Shown piece by piece: positions 1-5,946 of a stretch of DNA of 32,590 nucleotides. Under the pieces are notes generated by a model, which saw nothing but the letters and a program-made list of their open reading frames with translations, ran no database searches and had not been told where the DNA came from. Every line of letters starts with the position of its first letter. The stretch's first letter is position 1. The DNA comes from a virus (taxonomy: Duplodnaviria; Caudoviricetes), in the IMG/VR virus record IMGVR_UViG_3300036796_000277, positions 1 through 32,590 of that record; one strand, written 5' to 3'. A program made the position numbers and the translations under genes.

Positions 1-822
1 TCATAAATCAGTGGCATCTTCCCAAGGGGATTTACCTTCTTTGACAAGGTTGTTAGCGAGAGCTATGGTCTCTGCAGCCCGATGCGAGAGAAATAGCAGA
101 CCTTTTCCTTGGGGGTCAAAAATGGAACGGAACTGAGTCATGTTTAAGTAAGTATAACATGAGATAAAAAAGAGAATGTCTTCATTAATTTTTGCATGAT
201 ACATTCTTAACATCAAATGGTAGGTTTCTTGATCGGAAGTTTTGTTTAGAATATCAATAAGATAATAAAAGTGTTTAAATTCTTCATTAAAACTTATTTT
301 CATTTCTGATAAAACAAAAGCGGGTCGATAAAAGTCAAATCCTCTTCTATTGTCCGGGATATTGTTACTCATCATCGACCATAAATCATTTAACAATCTA
401 CGATAAGCTTCTTTTATGAACTCATCTTGGTTTACAACTTTTTTTTTGTTTATTGAGTACACTTTTCTTTCAAGTATGGAATTGAATGTATCGATATAAT
501 TCTCAAATGATTTTAAAGAGAACTCTTTTTCCATATTTTTAATTTGACGCTCATTGCTTTTTATTGATTCTATCGTTAGCTGATGCGTTTTTTCATTGTT
601 TTTAAGTGTGATGTGAAGTGTATATATTAAGGCAAATATGCTACATGCTGACAAAAGTGTGCCACTAGTCCCACTTAAGAATGAACCTAGACTTGACCAA
701 TCAGCTTGATTTTTAGATAGCTCACCATGAAAAATATAAAAATAAAGAGCCAATGGGACTGATGATATGATTATAATCATGAGCGAAATTAGCAGAGGAA
801 TTGATATTTTATTTTTTTTCAT
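1..822 (-). CDS. AT-rich membrane protein with two N-terminal hydrophobic segments; resembles putative abortive-infection (putAbiC-like) proteins
   Basis: 273 aa; hydrophobic ISIPLLISLMIIIISSVPLALYFYIF and WSSLGSFLSGTSGTLLSACSIFALIYTL, then a coiled segment and ...SFENYIDTFNSIL; start overlaps int stop by 14 nt; family resemblance from memory. Confidence 0.6.
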   Translation of the reverse strand: MKKNKISIPLLISLMIIIISSVPLALYFYIFHGELSKNQADWSSLGSFLSGTSGTLLSACSIFALIYTLHITLKNNEKTHQLTIESIKSNERQIKNMEKEFSLKSFENYIDTFNSILERKVYSINKKKVVNQDEFIKEAYRRLLNDLWSMMSNNIPDNRRGFDFYRPAFVLSEMKISFNEEFKHFYYLIDILNKTSDQETYHLMLRMYHAKINEDILFFISCYTYLNMTQFRSIFDPQGKGLLFLSHRAAETIALANNLVKEGKSPWEDATDL

Positions 823-1852
823 TTTTAAATGCTCTAGAAAGAGGATTGAACATTAAAGCTTCTTCCAAATGATCAGGAGAGAAATGTGAGTATCTCATGG
901 TCATTTTAATATCTGTATGCCCTAATATGCTTTTTAGTACGAGGATATTTCCGCCGTTCATCATAAAGTGCGATGCAAAGGTGTGGCGCAATACATGCGA
1001 AAGCTGGCCGTCCGGCAACTCAAAATCAGCACGCTCTACCGCTTTGCGGAATGCCGAGTAACATGACTTGAAGAGCCGCCCTGGCTTTTCTGGTTTCGGT
1101 AATGCATCGTAAAACTCTTTACTGATGGGTACGGTTCGGTTTCGGTTGCCTTTGGTCTTGAAGAAACTCACTTTCAGGTTTTTGATCTGCTTAGTCGTCA
1201 GTGATTCCGCTTCGTCCCATCGTGCGCCGGTGGCTAGGCAAATGCAGGCCACCCAGAACGTGCTTTCGTTCCGGCTGGCTTTGCATTGTTCCAAAAGGCT
1301 GCTGATCTCGTCGTGCTCAAGATAAGCCAGTTCCGCCTCCTCTGATTTGAAGGCGCGAACCCCAGCGAGTGGGTTATCCAGCTTCCAATGTCCCAAGCGC
1401 TTCAGCTCATTGAATACTGCGCGGAAGTAGGCAAGCTCAAGATTCATTGTCCTGGGCGATACTTGTTTCACGCGCGCGGTTCGGGCTATCTCACCGGATA
1501 GGCGCTTTTTACGATACAGGGAAAACATGGTTGCATTAAACTCATGCGCCAGCGGTTCTCCCATGCTTTCACAGGCAAACTCCATTGCCCCTTTGCGCTT
1601 TTCGCCATCGTCTAGGGTTACGCCATGTTCGTCGAACCACTGACTTACCAGCTGGCGCAGAGTGCGCCGATCTTCTTTACCATCCAGCCACGGTTTAACG
1701 TGTATGTTTTCGAGGGTGTGATTCTGGTACGCCAGCGCCTCGCCTTTAGTCGAAAACGTCTTACGAATGCGTTTGCTGGGCTTGCCCTTCGGTTTCCCTT
1801 CAGGGTAAAAGTCCAGTAACCATTTGCCATCAGACTGTTTTCTGATCCCCAT
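809..1852 (-). CDS. int: Phage integrase (tyrosine recombinase)
   Basis: Intact catalytic motifs TGAR, TKG, HVLRH, LGH, MRY; N-terminal arm-binding domain; P2/186-type position. Confidence 0.97.
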   Translation of the reverse strand: MGIRKQSDGKWLLDFYPEGKPKGKPSKRIRKTFSTKGEALAYQNHTLENIHVKPWLDGKEDRRTLRQLVSQWFDEHGVTLDDGEKRKGAMEFACESMGEPLAHEFNATMFSLYRKKRLSGEIARTARVKQVSPRTMNLELAYFRAVFNELKRLGHWKLDNPLAGVRAFKSEEAELAYLEHDEISSLLEQCKASRNESTFWVACICLATGARWDEAESLTTKQIKNLKVSFFKTKGNRNRTVPISKEFYDALPKPEKPGRLFKSCYSAFRKAVERADFELPDGQLSHVLRHTFASHFMMNGGNILVLKSILGHTDIKMTMRYSHFSPDHLEEALMFNPLSRAFKNEKK

Positions 1853-1854
1853 AG

Positions 1855-2730
1855 CTATGAACCTTGCTCAAATTTTTTCTCGGCATCCTTATCCCAGAAA
1901 ATACTGGATAAATAATTCGAATTGGCCGGGATGATTGCTGACTCGTCACCAGTTATAAAAATATGATCGCCATCATTATCAATACCATCATAAATTCCAA
2001 TGGAACCTCTGGCGTCTCTGAATGCTCTACCTTTGATAGTTTTTGGTGCCAGTCGCAATGCTTCGCTGAAACTCAATGAATAGTCTTTAGCGTTCTCTCT
2101 CTTTGATGATTTGTAAAAATCAGAATGATTAGTGAGTCTGTTTATTTTACTATCTAGGTTTTTTATCATTTCAAATATAACAGAGTCTTGGGCGTTTAAT
2201 TGTAATCTATCGATATGAGCAGGTTGGATTCTTAAAAGTTTTATTATTGAATTTACGTCGTCTTCTGGCGCAGCTTCAGTTTCGGTTAGCATTGCAGAAA
2301 CTTCACTTATATCTCTAATCACTGTGTCGATTCTTAAGTTAGGATTATATTGAACGTACCGGAATCCAGTGATATCAAAAGGTGTAGTTGTCAAACCATC
2401 GGTTATAAGAATGGTTTTTTTATTAAACGCCTGTCTAAGTCCTAACTCGTAAAACACATTTGCGTTTTTTGAGCTCAAATCGCAAATAGCCATATCACAC
2501 TCTATTATTTTTTTTAATATGTCAAACATTATCATGTGTGATGCTTTGGAATCATCAGCACGAATTGCCTTATAACCTGCTTTTTGGCATGCCGGCTTAA
2601 TTAGATGCTCATAAACACGATTAAAATGGCCATTATCGTAGTCAGAATGTTCTGCGATAGGCATTATTATAAAACAAGTTTTTAAATCGTTTTCAAAATC
2701 TTTTTTTTCTGTTGATTCAACGTTATCCAT
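1855..2730 (-). CDS. Nucleoside 2-deoxyribosyltransferase/N-glycosidase-like domain protein with unknown C-terminal domain
   Basis: CFIIMP...IRADD...CDMAICDLSSKNANVFYELGLRQAFNK pattern with a putative catalytic Glu in YELG; AT-rich; inserted between cI and int. Confidence 0.75.
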   Translation of the reverse strand: MDNVESTEKKDFENDLKTCFIIMPIAEHSDYDNGHFNRVYEHLIKPACQKAGYKAIRADDSKASHMIMFDILKKIIECDMAICDLSSKNANVFYELGLRQAFNKKTILITDGLTTTPFDITGFRYVQYNPNLRIDTVIRDISEVSAMLTETEAAPEDDVNSIIKLLRIQPAHIDRLQLNAQDSVIFEMIKNLDSKINRLTNHSDFYKSSKRENAKDYSLSFSEALRLAPKTIKGRAFRDARGSIGIYDGIDNDGDHIFITGDESAIIPANSNYLSSIFWDKDAEKKFEQGS

Positions 2731-2731
2731 C

Positions 2732-3322
2732 TTATTTACCTTCAGATATGATTAACACTACTTTGCCAATAACTTCAATATCATCCACAGAGCAATCGAA
2801 CGCCATACCTACACCACTAATTCGCACTTTTTTTATAGGAATTCTAGTTAGTGTTTTAATACTTATTTTTCCTTCAATATTGACCAGCCATTCACCATCA
2901 TAAATTTCCGAGAACTCCTGATCTAAGATGTACTGTGCTTTCTCATCCTGTACACAAATTGGTTTAGAAGGTAGTGGATTCCCAGCCCTGAAGAAAACCC
3001 TATCGAACATTACGTGCCCACAATCGTAAAGCTGACCATCAACAAGCTTTTGGCTGGGTATTTTCATTATGTCTAATTCGTCACTTTCAAATTTTTTGCC
3101 GCTTCCAGTTGCCAGCCATTCTAAGCTTACCCCAGTTTCAGCCATGCATTTAAGCATGATATCTGCGGGCAGCCCGCCGCGCTTGTACCGCGAGGAAAGC
3201 GAGCTTGCAGCCATATCAAGGTGCTCCGCTAGCTGCATCTTCTGGGTGAAGCCGTAAGCCTCAATCACTCTATCTAAAACTGGGGCACTATCAGTGCCTG
3301 GGTCAATTCGGAATCGTGCCAT
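2732..3322 (-). CDS. cI: 186-type CI immunity repressor
   Basis: N-terminal HTH (VLDRVIEAYGFTQKMQLAEHLDMAASSLSSRYKRG, VSLEWLATG) and CI C-terminal domain ending DDIEVIGKVV; divergent from apl/cox. Confidence 0.92.
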   Translation of the reverse strand: MARFRIDPGTDSAPVLDRVIEAYGFTQKMQLAEHLDMAASSLSSRYKRGGLPADIMLKCMAETGVSLEWLATGSGKKFESDELDIMKIPSQKLVDGQLYDCGHVMFDRVFFRAGNPLPSKPICVQDEKAQYILDQEFSEIYDGEWLVNIEGKISIKTLTRIPIKKVRISGVGMAFDCSVDDIEVIGKVVLIISEGK

Positions 3323-3337
3323 TTGCGATCTTGGTAT

Positions 3338-3382
3338 TTAGATATTACCTAATTAATGTTGGCACTTAGATAATGTCTAAGT
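3338..3382. promoter_or_regulatory. Lysis-lysogeny switch: two putative CI operators TTAG-N7-CTAA
   Basis: TTAGATATTACCTAA (3338-3352) and ACTTAGATAATGTCTAAGT (3364-3382) in the cI-apl intergenic region. Confidence 0.55.
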
Positions 3383-3459
3383 AACCTAGCTCCTGTTGTT
3401 TTCTAATTGCGAATATTGATGAACTTTGCCGAGTTCAAATGAATTGAGGAGTTTGCCTT

Positions 3460-3681
3460 ATGCGTCCTAACATTACAATTACCATTCCAACGCCTTACCT
3501 GCCTATTGATGAGTACTGCCGCTTGACCGGCACCCCTATGGGAACCGCTCGCGATATGGTTCGTGATGGTCGCCTTCCAATCCGTGGCAAAGGGGATAAA
3601 CCCCGCGCCCGCGTCGAAATCAACATGGCCGCGCTGACCGTTCAGGCGCTGAGTGAATGCAACATTGCGCTTAATGCGTAA
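3460..3681 (+). CDS. apl: Apl/Cox-like excisionase and transcriptional regulator
   Basis: 73 aa HTH protein MRPNITITIPTPYL...RVEINMAAL; GAGGAG RBS; first gene of early operon. Confidence 0.88.
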   Translation: MRPNITITIPTPYLPIDEYCRLTGTPMGTARDMVRDGRLPIRGKGDKPRARVEINMAALTVQALSECNIALNA

Positions 3682-3711
3682 TTGATGCTAGCGATTAGCT
3701 CGAGGCGAATC

Positions 3712-3738
3712 ATGTTTGATTTTCAGGTTTCCAAACAT
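3712..3738 (-). promoter_or_regulatory. CII binding site of pE (ATGTTTG-N13-CAAACAT)
   Basis: Perfect 7-bp inverted repeat, centres 20 bp apart, at the start of cII as described for phage 186 pE. Confidence 0.75.
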
Positions 3739-4221
3739 CCCCACTTTGACGAAGCGTGCCGAGCTTTTGGGCAGCGTCACAACATGGCGAAACTGGCTGC
3801 ACTCGCAGGTATGACGGTTCAAACGTTACGTAACAAGCTCAACCCGGAGCAGCCTCACCAACTCACCCCGCGTGAGATTTGGGTGTTGACCGATATCACT
3901 GAGGATTCCACCCTGGTTGATGGCTTTCTCGCGCAGATTCATTGCCTGCCGTGTGTGCCGGTTAATGAGCTGGCGAAAGAGAAATTGCAGTCTTACGTCA
4001 TGCATGCAATGAGCAAGCTCGGCGAGCTGGCCAGCGGCACAGTATCAACAGAACGCCTTACTCCGGCGCGTAAAAATTCGATGGTTGAGAGCATTAATTC
4101 GGGGATCCGAATGCTGTCTCTTTCTGCGATGGCTCTCCAGGCTCGTTTACAGGCTAACCCGGCTATGTCGAGCGTGGTCGATAGCGTGAGCGGTATCAGC
4201 GCATCGTTTGGGATTATCTGA
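3712..4221 (+). CDS. cII: CII (CP76-family) lysogeny establishment activator
   Basis: MFDFQVSKHPHFDEACRAF...LRNKLNPEQPHQLT; ATG at 3712 preferred to the TTG start of the ORF track. Confidence 0.92.
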   Translation: MFDFQVSKHPHFDEACRAFGQRHNMAKLAALAGMTVQTLRNKLNPEQPHQLTPREIWVLTDITEDSTLVDGFLAQIHCLPCVPVNELAKEKLQSYVMHAMSKLGELASGTVSTERLTPARKNSMVESINSGIRMLSLSAMALQARLQANPAMSSVVDSVSGISASFGII

Positions 4222-4228
4222 GGTGACT

Positions 4229-4426
4229 ATGCTGAGGAATGAGCCGTCATTTGCTTCACTGCTGAAAAGCCAAAGCCCCTCTATGCACTTCGGGCATGGC
4301 TGGATATCCGGGAAAGATGGAAAGCGCTGGCACCCAAGCCGCGATCAGTCTGCATTGTTAAATGGTCTTTGGGCTAAAAAGCCGTCTTTGTTTACCTGGC
4401 TGATTAAACGTTGGGGGATTAAATGA
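4229..4426 (+). CDS. Fil-like (DUF2724-type) early protein
   Basis: EPSFASLL...HFGHGWISGKDGKRWHP motif; GAGGTG RBS before ATG 4229; position after cII. Confidence 0.75.
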   Translation: MLRNEPSFASLLKSQSPSMHFGHGWISGKDGKRWHPSRDQSALLNGLWAKKPSLFTWLIKRWGIK

Positions 4427-4806
4427 AAAGCGCTGTGCTCTCTTCATCCGTTCCGGCAGCAAGAAAAGAATTTAACAATGTGTACTTTATGCACGTGCGT
4501 ATTGATGAACCGCTAAAAATGACCGGCGACGAATGTCTCGCACGTTTCCGTCAGCAATTAAAGGCGACGAGTAACGCCGCGCAGCGTAATTTTAATAAGC
4601 TGGACGACAATTTTAAATTCGTTGTCCTGACGCTGGCGAACCGTAAAGAGCCAGCAGCATTTAAATCAGATGAAATCGGCAAGTCCTTTGAGTATTTCGA
4701 CAAATCGCGCCGCTTTCTCATTATTGAGTCGATGAACGAAATAACGCGCTGGGGAAATATACTGCCGCGTCGTTTTTCGAAACACGATATTTATCTGGCC
4801 GATTAA
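4423..4806 (+). CDS. P2-like early protein (gpB/DUF5347-like)
   Basis: 127 aa, ATGA-coupled to upstream gene; syntenic position; C-terminal IIESMN...ILPRRFS pattern. Confidence 0.55.
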   Translation: MKSAVLSSSVPAARKEFNNVYFMHVRIDEPLKMTGDECLARFRQQLKATSNAAQRNFNKLDDNFKFVVLTLANRKEPAAFKSDEIGKSFEYFDKSRRFLIIESMNEITRWGNILPRRFSKHDIYLAD

Positions 4807-4876
4807 TTAACCACTTTCAAAAACAAAGGCGTAAACCCGCCGGGCATTCTCTTGCCTAAATTCAGGAGTTTTATTT

Positions 4877-5104
4877 ATGCGTTCAATGTTTATTTCTACG
4901 CCGCAAGGCGATAACGCGGTGATGGATGAAATGTTATCTGTCGCCCGTTTGGATGAGCGTCGCAGCCGTGCGGTTGCGGTGTCTGCTCGCCTGGCAAAGC
5001 TGGCCTGTCATATTCAGTCCGGGAAGCTGGATTGTCAGCAGGCCGCCGAGCTGCTGCGCGAAGAGGCCGCCCGTTACGAAAACGAAGCGAGGGAGTTGCA
5101 CTGA
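4877..5104 (+). CDS. DUF2732-like early protein
   Basis: ARLDERR...RLAKLACHI...AAELLREEA; AGGAG RBS. Confidence 0.8.
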   Translation: MRSMFISTPQGDNAVMDEMLSVARLDERRSRAVAVSARLAKLACHIQSGKLDCQQAAELLREEAARYENEARELH

Positions 5105-5331
5105 TGGCCGACGCAATGGACGGAGTACAGGAGCGCGAGCAGGCAGAACGCGAGCGTCATATCCAAAACGCGCGCAGCGGTACGGCTGCGGCTTCTCGTT
5201 TCACCTGTGAAGAGTGTGAGACACCAATCCCGGAGGCGCGCCGCGCTGCACTTCCGGGTGTTGAGCTTTGTGTGACCTGCAAAGAGCTTGAAGAACTTAA
5301 ACTGAAACATTATCAGGGGGGCGCTGTATGA
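5104..5331 (+). CDS. TraR/DksA C4 zinc-finger protein (P2 Orf82-like)
   Basis: MADAMD...CEECETPIPEARRAALPGVELCVTC; ATG at 5104 overlaps the previous stop. Confidence 0.92.
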   Translation: MADAMDGVQEREQAERERHIQNARSGTAAASRFTCEECETPIPEARRAALPGVELCVTCKELEELKLKHYQGGAV

Positions 5332-5849
5332 CTGCCAAATCTAACAACCTACTTAACGTAATGGCGCGTATTTTGGATAAAGCCCGTCGAAGCACTGAGG
5401 TGTTCTTGCCGCGTCAGCGCGCCACATCCATACAGGATAAATGTCCCCCGAAAGAATCGAAGCTACAAATTTTGAAAAAACTTCGGGAACTGCAAAAAGC
5501 TCTGTCGCCATCGGCAAATGTCGGGGATTTCCGGATCGATAAAACTCAACAGCCTGGCGAGTACACCGAGCCGACACATGAATATCTGTCGATAGTTCTG
5601 CCCAAGTCTGCCAGTCATCCAGTGGAGATACTGGGGTATCCAAATAACGTTGAATTAAAATTTGTAAGGCGTGCCGAACATGTGTTGACCATTCTTCGCG
5701 TGGTTTCCAGTCATGTGGACAATTCCATTCCATTTTCCGACCTAGCTCGTGCCGACCAGCTACTGAAAGAGGTAGCCGGTCTTCTATGCGGCATTGAGTC
5801 TCACCAAGAAAAGCATCGCAAATGCCCAGCATGTCGGATGCAGAAATGA
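5328..5849 (+). CDS. Hypothetical protein (sense ORF of overlapping pair)
   Basis: 173 aa; ATGA overlap with the TraR-like stop; GGGGG RBS-like run; ends HRKCPAC. Confidence 0.5.
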   Translation: MTAKSNNLLNVMARILDKARRSTEVFLPRQRATSIQDKCPPKESKLQILKKLRELQKALSPSANVGDFRIDKTQQPGEYTEPTHEYLSIVLPKSASHPVEILGYPNNVELKFVRRAEHVLTILRVVSSHVDNSIPFSDLARADQLLKEVAGLLCGIESHQEKHRKCPACRMQK

Positions 5850-5946
5850 ACTTCATTGGTTCTTTTGTTGCTTCGAAAGCAGTCATCTGAGTAATCAAAT
5901 CGACATAGCGTCGTTGGGTGGGATCTTCATCAGTGAATAAAGACAT
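5353..5946 (-). CDS. Hypothetical protein encoded antisense to the early operon
   Basis: 197 aa from ATG 5946 (MSLFTDED), preceded by AGGAG 6 nt upstream on the minus strand; Trp/aromatic-rich globular-looking sequence. Confidence 0.6.
   Translation of the reverse strand: MSLFTDEDPTQRRYVDLITQMTAFEATKEPMKFISASDMLGICDAFLGETQCRIEDRLPLSVAGRHELGRKMEWNCPHDWKPREEWSTHVRHALQILIQRYLDTPVSPLDDWQTWAELSTDIHVSARCTRQAVEFYRSGNPRHLPMATELFAVPEVFSKFVASILSGDIYPVWMWRADAARTPQCFDGLYPKYAPLR

Noticed and set aside
439-447. A9 homopolymer in the membrane gene (and A8 runs at 812-819 and 2508-2515) as phase-variation tracts
   Set aside because: Expected in Lys-rich, AT-rich genes; frames are intact and there is no evidence of variation
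1855-2730. Retron or CBASS interpretation of the NDT-like gene
   Set aside because: No reverse transcriptase, msr-msd-like region or CD-NTase anywhere in the window
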